Below, one piece after another: positions 12,973 through 26,700 of a stretch of DNA of 64,000 bases. Numbering within the stretch: position 1 is the first letter of the stretch; each line of letters begins with the position of its first letter. The DNA is taken from NCBI GenBank assembly GCA_032718475.1, contig JAUCBJ010000641.1, forward strand, positions 1 through 64,000. The letters are read 5' to 3'. Under the pieces are notes generated by a model. That model was not told where the DNA came from, did not search any database, and saw only the letters and a program-made list of their open reading frames with translations. Both the position numbers and the translations under genes were made by a program. The stretch comes from Nemertoderma westbladi. Lineage: Eukaryota; Animalia; Xenacoelomorpha.

Positions 12973-15900
12973 CCTAGCAGGCGTTTAACAAATCTTGCAT
13001 TAATTATATCCTAGCAGGCGTTTAACAAATCTTGCCTTAATTATATCCTAGCAGGCGTTTAACAAATATTGCCTTAATTATATCCTAGCAGGCGTTTAAC
13101 AAATCTTGCATTAATTATATCCTAGCAGGCGTTTAACAAATCTTGCCTTAATTATATCCTAGCAGGCGTTTAACAAATCTTGCCTTAATTATATCCTAGC
13201 AGGCGTTTAACAAATCTTGCATTAATTATATCCTAGCAGGCGTTTAACAAATCTTGCATTAATTATATCCTAGCAGGCGTTTAACAAATCTTGCCTTAAT
13301 TATATCCTAGCAGGCGTTTAACAAATCTTGCATTAATTATATCCTAGCAGTCGTTTAACAAATCTTGCCTTAATTATATCCTAGCAGGCATTTAACAAAT
13401 CTTGCCTTAATTATATAATAGCAGGCGTTTAACAAATCTTGCCTTAATTATATCCTAGCAGGCGTTTAACAAATCTTGCATTAATTATATCCTAGCAGGC
13501 GTTTAACAAATCTTGCATTAATTATATCCTAGCAGGCGTTTAACAAATCTTGCATTAATTATATCCTAGCAGGCGCTTAACAAATCATGCATTAATTATA
13601 TCCTAGCAGGCGTTTAACAAATCTTGCATTAATTATATCCTAGCAGGCGTTTAACAAACCTTGCATTAATTATATCCTAGCAGGCGTTTAACAAATCTTG
13701 CCTTAATTATATCCTAGCAGGCGTTTAACAAATCTTGCATTATTTATATCCTAGCAGGCGTTTAACAAATCATGCATTAATTATATCCTAGCAGGCCTTT
13801 AACAAATCTTGCATTAATTATATCCTAGCAGGCGTTTAACAAATCTTGCATTAATTATATCCTAGCAGGCGTTTAACAAATCTTGCATTAATTATATCCT
13901 AGCAGGCGTTTAACAAATCTTGCATTAATTATATCCTAGCAGGCGTTTAACAAATCTTGCATTAATTATATCCTAGCAGGCGTTTAACAAATCTTGCATT
14001 AATTATATCCTAGCAGGCGTTTAACAAATCTTGCATTAATTATATCCTAGCAGGCGTTTAACAAATCTTGCATTAATTATATCCTAGCAGGCGTTTAACA
14101 AATCTTGCATTAATTATATCCTAGCAGGCGTTTAACAAATCTTGCATTAATTATATCCTAGCAGGCGTTTAACAAATCTTGCATTAATTATATCCTAGCA
14201 GGCGTTTAACAAATCTTGCATTAATTATATCCTAGCAGGCGTTTAACAAATCTTGCATTAATTATATCCTAGCAGGCGTTTAACAAATCTTGCATTAATT
14301 ATATCCTAGCAGGCGTTTAACAAATCATGCATTAATTATATCCTAGCAGGCGTTTAACAAATCTTGCATTAATTATATCCTAGCAGGCGTTTAACAAATC
14401 TTGCCTTAAATATATCCTAGCAGGCGTTTAAAAAATCTTGCATTAATTATATCCTAGCAGGCGTTTAACAAATCTTGCATTAATTATATCCTAGCAGGCG
14501 TTTAACAAATCTTGCCTTAATTATATCCTAGCAGGCGTTTAACAAATCTTGCATTAATTATATCCTAGCAGGCGTTTAACAAATCTTGCATTAATTATAT
14601 CCTAGCAGGCGTTTAACAAATCTTGCATTAATTATATCCTAGCAGGCGTTTAACAAATCTTGCATTAATTATATCCTAGCAGGCGTTTAACAAATCTTGC
14701 ATTAATTATATCCTAGCAGGCGTTTAACAAATCTTGCCTTAATTATATCCTAGCAGGCGTTTAACAAATCTTGCATTAATTATATCCTAGCAGGCGTTTA
14801 ACAAACCTTGCATTAATTATATCGTAGCAGGCGTTTAACAAATCTTGCCTTAATTATATCCTAGCAGGCGTTTAACAAATCTTGCATTAATTATATCCTA
14901 GCAGGCGTTTAACAAATCTTGCATTAATTATATCCTAGCAGGCGTTTAACAAATCTTGCATTAATTATATCCTAGCAGGCGTTTAACAAATCTTGCATTA
15001 ATTATATCCTAGCAGGCGTTTAACAAATCTTGCATTAATTATATCCTAGCAGGCGTTTAACAAATCTTGCCTTAATTATATCCTAGCAGGCGTTTAACAA
15101 ATCTTGCATTAATTATATCCTAGCAGGCGTTTAACAAATCTTGCATTAATTATATCCTAGCAGGCGTTTAACAAATCTTGCATTAATTATATCCTAGCAG
15201 GCGTTTAACAAATCTTGCATTAATTATATCCTAGCAGGCGTTTAACAAATCTTGCCTTAATTATATCCTAGCAGGCGTTTAACAAATCTTGCCTTAATTA
15301 TATCCTAGCAGGCGTTTAACAAATCTTGCATTAATTATATCCTAGCAGGCGTTTAACAAATCTTGCCTTAATTATATCCTAGCAGGCATTTAACAAATCT
15401 TGCCTTAATTATATCCTAGCAGGCGTTTAACAAATCTTGCCTTAATTATATCCTAGCAGGCGTTTAACAAATCTTGCATTAATTATATCCTAGCAGGCGT
15501 TTAACAAATCTTGCATTAATTATATCCTAGCAGGCGTTTAACAAATCTTGCATTAATTATATCCTAGCAGGCGCTTAACAAATCATGCATTAATTATATC
15601 CTAGCAGGCGTTTAACAAATCTTGCATTAATTATATCCTAGCAGGCGTTTAACAAATCTTGCATTAATTATATCCTAGCAGGCGTTTAACAAATCTTGCA
15701 TTAATTATATCCTAGCAGGCGTTTAACAAATCTTGCCTTAATTATATCCTAGCAGGCGTTTAACAAATCTTGCCTTAATTATATCCTAGCAGGCGTTTAA
15801 CAAATCTTGCATTAATTATATCCTAGCAGGCGTTTAACAAATCTTGCCTTAATTATATCCTAGCAGGCATTTAACAAATCTTGCCTTAATTATATCCTAG

Positions 15901-16555
15901 CAGGCGTTTAACAAATCTTGCCTTAATTATATCCTAGCAGGCGTTTAACAAATCTTGCATTAATTATATCCTAGCAGGCGTTTAACAAATCTTGCATTAA
16001 TTATATCCTAGCAGGCGTTTAACAAATCTTGCATTAATTATATCCTAGCAGGCGCTTAACAAATCATGCATTAATTATATCCTAGCAGGCGTTTAACAAA
16101 TCTTGCATTAATTATATCCTAGCAGGCGTTTAACAAATCTTGCATTAATTATATCCTAGCAGGCGTTTAACAAATCTTGCATTAATTATATCCTAGCAGG
16201 CGTTTAACAAATCTTGCCTTAATTATATCCTAGCAGGCGTTTAACAAATCTTGCATTATTTATATCCTAGCAGGCGTTTAACAAATCATGCATTAATTAT
16301 ATCCTAGCAGGCCTTTAACAAATCTTGCATTAATTATATCCTAGCAGGCGTTTAACAAATCTTGCATTAATTATATCCTAGCAGGCGTTTAACAAATCTT
16401 GCATTAATTATATCCTAGCAGGCGTTTAACAAATCTTGCATTAATTATATCCTAGCAGGCGTTTAACAAATCTTGCATTAATTATATCCTAGCAGGCGTT
16501 TAACAAATCTTGCATTAATTATATCCTAGCAGGCGTTTAACAAATCTTGCCTTAA
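12972..16555. repeat. 37-bp satellite (CCTAGCAGGCGTTTAACAAATCTTGC[A/C]TTAATTATAT), left block, ~97 copies
   Basis: Period 37 (CCTAG at 12973 and 13010), very homogeneous; ends at the TTAA insertion site. Confidence 0.98.
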
Positions 16556-16861
16556 GGGGGGGGTAGCATCCTTTTGGACTTGCTCCACGGTTTTGCTTAT
16601 AGCAAGGACAATTTTGATTTCTAGACCACATTATTTGGTCCAAGGCTCCTATAGATGTTGCTCTTCATGTTTCTGGAAAAAAATTTATTTTTAATTAAAA
16701 TGATTAAATTTTTAATCGAATTATTTACATTTTTAATTAAAATTAATTGAAACCCTAATGCTTTAGATCTACTTTCCATGGGAATGTAAGATTTGGTAAT
16801 AATGCTTTCAATAAGGTATAAATTGAAAGCTTTCAGCTCTGATTTTGAAAATTTCCAAAAA

Positions 16862-16880
16862 TGGCCACTAGGTGGCGCTA
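16862..16880 (+). promoter_or_regulatory. CTCF-like binding motif inside the transposon
   Basis: TGGCCACTAGGTGGCGCTA matches the consensus TGGCCACCAGGGGGCGCTA at 17/19 positions. Confidence 0.55.
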
Positions 16881-17520
16881 CAAATTTGCACATCAGTTGA
16901 ACCGATCTTTTATTGGGAAAAACAAGATTGTTTTCAAATAATTTGAAAATTCTGACCTGGAAGTTTTGTCGAGAAGTGCGCTGCTGACATCATATCCAAA
17001 ATTCAGATCAATAGCTTCAAAAATGACAGACTAGTAGGGTTTTGAAGAGAAAAAAAACCATTCTGAGATAAATGCCTTCAAAGTTCAAATGAAGAGATTT
17101 TTCAATATATTTTCGAAAGAATCACTTCTTTCGAAATGATTTCAACAGAATTTCCAACAAAAATATGCACAGGGGGGTTTTCGACACCGGGGAATAACAT
17201 GGCCAGGTTATTTTTTCAATCCGATGTCCGTGTGTCCGTCTGTCCATCTGTCTGTCTCACTGACTGTGACCAGTAGCATTGCAATTTAGCATGAATTCAG
17301 CTAAAAATATGAATAGATTTTCAGTAATGGAGAGAAGCATGGCAGGTTGTTTTTTAAATCCATGGGTTAGTTATGTGGATCTGCTCTAGTCTTTTTGTCA
17401 TTACAGACAGACAGACAGTCTGTCTGTCTGTCTGATATTTTGATCAATTATGATACACAGCTTGGCTGAATACAGTATAAAACAAAATAGCAAATAAACC
17501 ATCTATTTGGCAATCACAGT

Positions 17521-17526
17521 TTTATT
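17521..17526 (-). terminator. Putative poly(A) signal of the transposase gene
   Basis: AATAAA on the minus strand, 100 nt downstream of the stop codon. Confidence 0.45.
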
Positions 17527-17625
17527 CATTCTGAAAAATACTGTATAATGTATAGGCCTCTAATCCTAAGCCAAATATATAAACCCAAACACGATTTCAT
17601 AGTCTTGAGGAACCTACTAGTGTTC

Positions 17626-18924
17626 TTACATAGCATCCCCGAAGCCACCTGGGATATATGCTTGGTCATCACCGGCTAGTAGACCAGCCTTCTTAGACTT
17701 GCTACCTTTCCTGGAGTATTTGGCACGTTTCAACTTTCGAATCGAGCCAGCGATCCTTCTACTGTCACTCCTCTGAGCCAACACCGTGGCTGCCGATGTT
17801 TTTTCGATAGTCTGTTTGGACAACTTGCCGAGGACAAGGTTCCTAGCTGTAGCACCCTCATTGAAGGCAAGGACTGCAGCTGCAACTGCTAAAGATATGC
17901 GCTGTCTACCCCAAAACTTATGTTTGGGAGCTCTTGCCCAGATGAGGCTATTGAAGGATTCACTAACGTTCTGCGTATATCCGGGAACACACCGCCTGAG
18001 CAGGTTAATATCTGATAACCGTCTATACACAGGCAACAAAAGAGATAAGAATATTGGGTCCAAGTGGTAGTCTTTGTCTATGTGTTTCCCATCCTTTTTG
18101 TATGAACACCAGTTATTATCTGGGCAGAATTTATGGACATCTTCATCAGTTCCATGGCGTATCCCATGCCTAAACGATGCTAGAATGTTTCTCTTCATTG
18201 TCTGGACACACGCCGAAATTTCCACCTGGGTTCTAGCTGACCTGTCGATGGACGATCTAATGGCGTTGCCATAGTAACGGCTCAGTCTTTCTATAGTTGA
18301 TAGAGTCAGTCTATGCTTCGCACCACCAATAAACTTTCCATCTGCGAGTTTGCCCTTGTGTGAGTCCTTCAAATCGCGTAGAGCCTTTCCAAGTCTCTTC
18401 TTGACGTGGTTTACGCAGTCAATCTTGTTTACGCGTTTACACTGGACATCCCCAGTGTCATGCTTCGCCCAGATCGCCTTACCCGTGTCAGATTCATTGA
18501 AGAGAAGTTTCTCCTTATTTGATTTCTTGCTGTAAGTTTCGCAATCGTTACAAGATCCGTATATATCAGCAACGGCATTGTATGCCGTTGAATCTCCATC
18601 ACAGACTACAGATGTATAACTGAGTCCATGACTATCAGAGTCCTTTCCATCAACAGACTTCTGAAATAGTTCTATGGCTATGTCTGCTTCCATAGACCCG
18701 CTACTGCTTGAGTATCTGCCTGGACATTGCGGTATATGGTTTTCCATAAATGAAATATATGACTCTGAGTCTTTAGGATATGGGGCAAATTCACAAGCAT
18801 TGCAAATTTTATTTCTCATTGCGTAGTCTAGAATTTTTCCAGTTGCCATCCCAATGACTGCTCCCACCCCACTGTTTGAGGTATGCCCACGGGTACCCCA
18901 TGTGCCATCGAAAGAGACAGTGAC
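17626..18924 (-). CDS. Kolobok-type DDE transposase, exon 2 (432 aa + stop)
   Basis: Acceptor TTGTTTTAG|GTC at 18925/18924. Reads VTVSFDGTWGTRGHTSNSGVG...NKICNAC...SSGSMEAD...VCDGDS...DCVNHVKKRLG...HKFCPDNNWC...YTQNVSESFNSLIW...YIPGGF, uninterrupted. Confidence 0.88.
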   Translation of the reverse strand, partial: VTVSFDGTWGTRGHTSNSGVGAVIGMATGKILDYAMRNKICNACEFAPYPKDSESYISFMENHIPQCPGRYSSSSGSMEADIAIELFQKSVDGKDSDSHGLSYTSVVCDGDSTAYNAVADIYGSCNDCETYSKKSNKEKLLFNESDTGKAIWAKHDTGDVQCKRVNKIDCVNHVKKRLGKALRDLKDSHKGKLADGKFIGGAKHRLTLSTIERLSRYYGNAIRSSIDRSARTQVEISACVQTMKRNILASFRHGIRHGTDEDVHKFCPDNNWCSYKKDGKHIDKDYHLDPIFLSLLLPVYRRLSDINLLRRCVPGYTQNVSESFNSLIWARAPKHKFWGRQRISLAVAAAVLAFNEGATARNLVLGKLSKQTIEKTSAATVLAQRSDSRRIAGSIRKLKRAKYSRKGSKSKKAGLLAGDDQAYIPGGFGDAM

Positions 18925-19535
18925 CTAAAACAATATAATTAGTGAAAGTGAAATTTATTCTCAACAATAACAATAATAGTAACAACAATTCACAACTACA
19001 CATACCGGTAGCTCGGCAATAAAAATATTCAAAGTATTATTTAGTACGATAAAAGTAGTGTGTAGTATTTATTCAGTATATAAATAGGAGTATTTAGTGA
19101 AGTATATAGAACAGTACATGAGTATTTATGTGATGTTGTATTTATTTATATATAACTTACGATATTACTACCGGTACATACATTATATATTCATACTAGC
19201 TGATTAATACCCGTAGGCGTAGAGCCTAGGACAGTGTGCGTGTATGCAAAGATAAACAAACAAACACACACACAGACAACGACGACTTGCCACACAGCCT
19301 ATACCACTCAGAGTACTCAATTATGTATTCTGTTGAATTTTTAGCCCAATCTGACAGGGGGAAAATAGATCGCTGATGTGTAGATGGACAAACACACATA
19401 CACACACATTTTTAACCACCCTATGGTACCCCATGTCCGACAAATGGACAGAGACAGACATTGGCGGCTGAACCGAGAATTATAGATCTACCGGTATACA
19501 ATATATTATTATCCTACATACAGTACAGTACTTAC

Positions 19536-20177
19536 ATCTGAACCAACTTTGAGCTTCAACGCCTTTCGCGCTTCACTCATCTTCTCCTCTGCCAGATTAG
19601 ACACAACTGCGTTGATCTTATTGATGTTGAATGTCCATGTTGAATTTGCTAATGTGCACGGCATTTCCAAGCACTGACAGATAGTGTATAAGGTTTCTAT
19701 GCCGTTTCCAGTCTCACAAAGGCCATAGACCATTCGGCTATTCAAATCAGCAGAGTGCTGTTTATTGTAAACAGTATCATCTGTTCCATACTTTCCTTCA
19801 GCACACTGCAAAATATCGCTAAACTCACAATGTGAACACTGAAAATAAGCAACAGAGTCAATCCCGAGTGTAAGATGGGCCAACTGTTCGACCTTCAACT
19901 CTCCGGGGCACCCGCCGCTATTATGAGCACGTCCTACTAGGTCTGTGATATTCCGCATACTCATTATACGGTATCCAGTTGTACTGTTCGAGAATTCATT
20001 ACAGTTGTTCGTATTATCTCCTAACTTGTCAGTACTCGCTGTTATTATCGTCTTGTTTACTTCTTCCACTAATTCGACATTTGCGGACTCCACGGGATGG
20101 CGTGACAGGTACTGCGCCTTCTGTAGTTCAACCTGTCGGCTCTTAGTAAGCCTTGATAAAGCTTTCAATCTCGGCAT
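19536..20177 (-). CDS. Kolobok-type DDE transposase, exon 1 (214 aa)
   Basis: ATG at 20177 (MPRLKALSRL). Contains GYRIM, H..C..CxxC and LNSRMVYG...GNG motifs. Ends GAT|GTAAGT (phase 0) and joins exon 2 in frame across a 611-bp intron, giving 646 aa. Confidence 0.8.
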
Positions 20178-20755
20178 TGCAGCTCTCAAATGTGGCAACA
20201 CTAGGTACCGGTAGAACAACTGAATACAATTTGTATATAGCAAACCCCATGAATACTACAGTAGTTCAAATTTCCCGCCATGAAGAATAAGAGCTGGTAC
20301 GGTAGTATGTAGCGTTAGGTCAAAGTCGAGTTAGGTCCATTTCTTTATTTGCTAACTTTGGATCTATATCTGAATCTTCGGGTCAAAATTTAGATCCAGT
20401 GGCATTAGTATTGTAATGCCAATGTCTATCGATCGGGCCAGGCGGTGAATCCGCCAATGACCCAAATTTAGCAAACAAAGATACGGAACCTACCAGTACT
20501 TGGACCTAACGGTGCACAACCCAGGAGCTCCATACTGTATGTTGAATTTTTGTAAAGTCGAAAATTGTTTAAAAAATGCGGATCTTCTTCCAAACTCCAG
20601 TAATATAAATAGTGCTATCTCAATAACTAAGCAAAATTTTGTAAAACGGATTGCAGATTCGGGTTCCCCATAAAATTTTGGACAATAATCAATAAAAAAA
20701 AACGAAAATCTTTTTTTTTTCAAAAACGATGCTACCCCCCCCCCCCCCCCCCCCC

Positions 20756-23700
20756 TTAATTATATCCTAGCAGGCGTTTAACAAATCTTGCATTAATTAT
20801 ATCCTAGCAGGCGTTTAACAAATCTTGCATTAATTATATCCTAGCAGGCGTTTAACAAATCTTGCATTAATTATATCCTAGCAGGCGTTTAACAAATCTT
20901 GCATTAATTATATCCTAGCAGGCGTTTAACAAATCTTGCATTAATTATATCCTAGCAGGCGTTTAACAAATCTTGCATTAATTATATCCTAGCAGGCGTT
21001 TAACAAATCTTGCCTTAATTATATCCTAGCAGGCGTTTAACAAATCTTGCCTTAATTATATCCTAGCAGGCGTTTAACAAATCTTGCCTTAATTATATCC
21101 TAGCAGGCGTTTAACAAATCTTGCATTAATTATATCCCAGCAGGCGTTTAACAAATCTTGCATTAATTATATCCTAGCAGGCGTTTAACAAATCTTGCAT
21201 TAATTATATCCTAGCAGGCGTTTAACAAATCTTGCATTAATTATATCCTAGCAGGCGTTTAACAAATCTTGCATTAATTATATCCTAGCAGGCGTTTAAC
21301 AAATCATGCATTAATTATATCCTAGCAGGCGTTTAACAAATCTTGCATTAATTATATCCTAGCAGGCGTTTAACAAATCTTGCCTTAAATATATCCTAGC
21401 AGGCGTTTAAAAAATCTTGCATTAATTATATCCTAGCAGGCGTTTAACAAATCTTGCATTAATTATATCCTAGCAGGCGTTTAACAAATCTTGCCTTAAT
21501 TATATCCTAGCAGGCGTTTAACAAATCTTGCATTAATTATATCCTAGCAGGCGTTTAACAAATCTTGCATTAATTATATCCTAGCAGGCGTTTAACAAAT
21601 CTTGCCTTAATTATATCCTAGCAGGCGTTTAACAAATCTTGCATTAATTATATCCTAGCAGGCGTTTAACAAATCTTGCCTTAATTATATCCTAGCAGGC
21701 ATTTAACAAATCTTGCCTTAATTATATCCTAGCAGGCGTTTAACAAATCTTGCCTTAATTATATCCTAGCAGGCGTTTAACAAATCTTGCATTAATTATA
21801 TCCTAGCAGGCGTTTAACAAATCTTGCATTAATTATATCCTAGCAGGCGTTTAACAAATCTTGCATTAATTATATCCTAGCAGGCGCTTAACAAATCATG
21901 CATTAATTATATCCTAGCAGGCGTTTAACAAATCTTGCATTAATTATATCCTAGCAGGCGTTTAACAAATCTTGCATTAATTATATCCTAGCAGGCGTTT
22001 AACAAATCTTGCATTAATTATATCCTAGCAGGCGTTTAACAAATCTTGCCTTAATTATATCCTAGCAGGCGTTTAACAAATCTTGCCTTAATTATATCCT
22101 AGCAGGCGTTTAACAAATCTTGCATTAATTATATCCTAGCAGGCGTTTAACAAATCTTGCCTTAATTATATCCTAGCAGGCATTTAACAAATCTTGCCTT
22201 AATTATATCCTAGCAGGCGTTTAACAAATCTTGCCTTAATTATATCCTAGCAGGCGTTTAACAAATCTTGCATTAATTATATCCTAGCAGGCGTTTAACA
22301 AATCTTGCATTAATTATATCCTAGCAGGCGTTTAACAAATCTTGCATTAATTATATCCTAGCAGGCGCTTAACAAATCATGCATTAATTATATCCTAGCA
22401 GGCGTTTAACAAATCTTGCATTAATTATATCCTAGCAGGCGTTTAACAAATCTTGCATTAATTATATCCTAGCAGGCGTTTAACAAATCTTGCATTAATT
22501 ATATCCTAGCAGGCGTTTAACAAATCTTGCCTTAATTATATCCTAGCAGGCGTTTAACAAATCTTGCATTATTTATATCCTAGCAGGCGTTTAACAAATC
22601 ATGCATTAATTATATCCTAGCAGGCCTTTAACAAATCTTGCATTAATTATATCCTAGCAGGCGTTTAACAAATCTTGCATTAATTATATCCTAGCAGGCG
22701 TTTAACAAATCTTGCATTAATTATATCCTAGCAGGCGTTTAACAAATCTTGCATTAATTATATCCTAGCAGGCGTTTAACAAATCTTGCATTAATTATAT
22801 CCTAGCAGGCGTTTAACAAATCTTGCATTAATTATATCCTAGCAGGCGTTTAACAAATCTTGCATTAATTATATCCTAGCAGGCGTTTAACAAATCTTGC
22901 ATTAATTATATCCTAGCAGGCGTTTAACAAATCTTGCATTAATTATCTCCTAGCAGGCGTTTTACAAATCTTGCATTAATTATATCTTAGCAGGCGTTTA
23001 ACAAATCTTGCCTTAATTATATCCTAGCAGGCGTTTAACAAATCTTGCATTAATTATATCCTAGCAGGCGTTTAACAAATCTTGCATTAATTATATCCTA
23101 GCAGGCGTTTAACAAATCTTGCATTAATTATATCCTAGCAGGCGTTTAACAAATCTTGCATTAATTATATCCTAGCAGGCGTTTAACAAATCTTGCATTA
23201 ATTATATCCTAGCAGGCGTTTAACAAATCTTGCATTAATTATATCCTAGCAGGCGTTTAACAAATCTTGCATTAATTATATCCTAGCAGGCGTTTAACAA
23301 ATCTTGCCTTAATTATATCCTAGCAGGCGTTTAACAAATCTTGCCTTAATTATATCCTAGCAGGCGTTTAACAAATCTTGCCTTAATTATATCCTAGCAG
23401 GCGTTTAACAAATCTTGCATTAATTATATCCTAGCAGGCGTTTAACAAATCTTGCATTAATTATATCCTAGCAGGCGTTTAACAAATCTTGCATTAATTA
23501 TATCCTAGCAGGCGTTTAACAAATCTTGCATTAATTATATCCTAGCAGGCGTTTAACAAATCTTGCATTAATTATATCCTAGCAGGCGTTTAACAAATCA
23601 TGCATTAATTATATCCTAGCAGGCGTTTAACAAATCTTGCATTAATTATATCCTAGCAGGCGTTTAACAAATCTTGCCTTAAATATATCCTAGCAGGCGT

Positions 23701-26700
23701 TTAAAAAATCTTGCATTAATTATATCCTAGCAGGCGTTTAACAAATCTTGCATTAATTATATCCTAGCAGGCGTTTAACAAATCTTGCCTTAATTATATC
23801 CTAGCAGGCGTTTAACAAATCTTGCATTAATTATATCCTAGCAGGCGTTTAACAAATCTTGCATTAATTATATCCTAGCAGGCGTTTAACAAATCTTGCC
23901 TTAATTATATCCTAGCAGGCGTTTAACAAATCTTGCATTAATTATATCCTAGCAGGCGTTTAACAAATCTTGCCTTAATTATATCCTAGCAGGCATTTAA
24001 CAAACCTTGCCTTAATTATATCCTAGCAGGCGTTTAACAAATCTTGCCTTAATTATATCCTAGCAGGCGTTTAACAAATCTTGCATTAATTATATCCTAG
24101 CAGGCGTTTAACAAATCTTGCATTAATTATATCCTAGCAGGCGTTTAACAAATCTTGCATTAATTATATCCTAGCAGGCGCTTAACAAATCATGCATTAA
24201 TTATATCCTAGCAGGCGTTTAACAAATCTTGCATTAATTATATCCTAGCAGGCGTTTAACAAATCTTGCATTAATTATATCCTAGCAGGCGTTTAACAAA
24301 TCTTGCATTAATTATATCCTAGCAGGCGTTTAACAAATCTTGCCTTAATTATATCCTAGCAGGCGTTTAACAAATCTTGCCTTAATTATATCCTAGCAGG
24401 CGTTTAACAAATCTTGCATTAATTATATCCTAGCAGGCGTTTAACAAATCTTGCCTTAATTATATCCTAGCAGGCATTTAACAAATCTTGCCTTAATTAT
24501 ATCCTAGCAGGCGTTTAACAAATCTTGCCTTAATTATATCCTAGCAGGCGTTTAACAAATCTTGCATTAATTATATCCTAGCAGGCGTTTAACAAATCTT
24601 GCATTAATTATATCCTAGCAGGCGTTTAACAAATCTTGCATTAATTATATCCTAGCAGGCGCTTAACAAATCATGCATTAATTATATCCTAGCAGGCGTT
24701 TAACAAATCTTGCATTAATTATATCCTAGCAGGCGTTTAACAAATCTTGCATTAATTATATCCTAGCAGGCGTTTAACAAATCTTGCATTAATTATATCC
24801 TAGCAGGCGTTTAACAAATCTTGCCTTAATTATATCCTAGCAGGCGTTTAACAAATCTTGCATTATTTATATCCTAGCAGGCGTTTAACAAATCATGCAT
24901 TAATTATATCCTAGCAGGCCTTTAACAAATCTTGCATTAATTATATCCTAGCAGGCGTTTAACAAATCTTGCATTAATTATATCCTAGCAGGCGTTTAAC
25001 AAATCTTGCATTAATTATATCCTAGCAGGCGTTTAACAAATCTTGCATTAATTATATCCTAGCAGGCGTTTAACAAATCTTGCATTAATTATATCCTAGC
25101 AGGCGTTTAACAAATCTTGCATTAATTATATCCTAGCAGGCGCTTAACAAATCATGCATTAATTATATCCTAGCAGGCGTTTAACAAATCTTGCATTAAT
25201 TATATCCTAGCAGGCGTTTAACAAATCTTGCATTAATTATATCCTAGCAGGCGTTTAACAAATCTTGCATTAATTATATCCTAGCAGGCGTTTAACAAAT
25301 CTTGCCTTAATTATATCCTAGCAGGCGTTTAACAAATCTTGCCTTAATTATATCCTAGCAGGCGTTTAACAAATCTTGCATTAATTATATCCTAGCAGGC
25401 GTTTAACAAATCTTGCCTTAATTATATCCTAGCAGGCATTTAACAAATCTTGCCTTAATTATATCCTAGCAGGCGTTTAACAAATCTTGCCTTAATTATA
25501 TCCTAGCAGGCGTTTAACAAATCTTGCATTAATTATATCCTAGCAGGCGTTTAACAAATCTTGCATTAATTATATCCTAGCAGGCGTTTAACAAATCTTG
25601 CATTAATTATATCCTAGCAGGCGCTTAACAAATCATGCATTAATTATATCCTAGCAGGCGTTTAACAAATCTTGCATTAATTATATCCTAGCAGGCGTTT
25701 AACAAATCTTGCATTAATTATATCCTAGCAGGCGTTTAACAAATCTTGCATTAATTATATCCTAGCAGGCGTTTAACAAATCTTGCCTTAATTATATCCT
25801 AGCAGGCGTTTAACAAATCTTGCATTATTTATATCCTAGCAGGCGTTTAACAAATCATGCATTAATTATATCCTAGCAGGCCTTTAACAAATCTTGCATT
25901 AATTATATCCTAGCAGGCGTTTAACAAATCTTGCATTAATTATATCCTAGCAGGCGTTTAACAAATCTTGCATTAATTATATCCTAGCAGGCGTTTAACA
26001 AATCTTGCATTAATTATATCCTAGCAGGCGTTTAACAAATCTTGCATTAATTATATCCTAGCAGGCGTTTAACAAATCTTGCATTAATTATATCCTAGCA
26101 GGCGTTTAACAAATCTTGCATTAATTATATCCTAGCAGGCGTTTAACAAATCTTGCATTAATTATATCCTAGCAGGCGTTTAACAAATCTTGCATTAATT
26201 ATATCCTAGCAGGCGTTTAACAAATCTTGCATTAATTATATCCTAGCAGGCGTTTAACAAATCTTGCCTTAATTATATCCTAGCAGGCGTTTAACAAATC
26301 TTGCATTAATTATATCCTAGCAGGCGTTTAACAAATCTTGCATTAATTAAATCCTAGCAGGCGTTTAACAAATCTTGCCTTAATTATATCCTAGCAGGCG
26401 TTTAACAAATCTTGCCTTAATTATATCCTAGCAGGCGTTTAACAAATCTTGCATTAATTATATCCTAGCAGGCGTTTAACAAATCTTGCATTAATTATAT
26501 CCTAGCAGGCGTTTAACAAATCTTGCATTAATTATATCCTAGCAGGCGTTTAACAAATCTTGCATTAATTATATCCTAGCAGGCGTTTAACAAATCTTGC
26601 CTTAATTATATCCTAGCAGGCGTTTAACAAATCTTGCCTTAATTATATCCTAGCAGGCGTTTAACAAATCTTGCATTAATTATATCCTAGCAGGCGTTTA

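Larger units (their letters stand above)
16556..20755 (-). mobile_element. Kolobok-type DNA transposon, 4.2 kb, apparently intact
   Basis: TTAA duplicated at 16552-16555 and 20756-20759 inside one satellite unit (GCC-TTAA-TTATAT). TIRs are G8-TAGCATCCTTTT and AAAACGATGCTA-C21. Encodes a DDE transposase. TTAA TSD, RR..YY ends and DGTW/DGDS/QNxxE motifs fit Kolobok, not piggyBac. Confidence 0.85.

Noticed and set aside
17160-17440. (CTGT)n/(ACAG)n microsatellite palindrome, and similar sequence in the intron at ~19190-19470, as nested Helentron-like elements
   Set aside because: Suggestive only; no termini could be defined.
16621-20723. Small ORFs in the transposon (16621-16893, 17786-18535, 18809-19003, 19945-20214, 20490-20723) as a KolX partner
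   Set aside because: Short, mostly non-ATG, antisense or AT-rich, with no recognisable motifs.
16552-20759. piggyBac assignment based on the TTAA TSD
   Set aside because: piggyBac ends are CCY..RGG with a DDD transposase; here the ends are GGG..CCC and the motifs are Kolobok-type.
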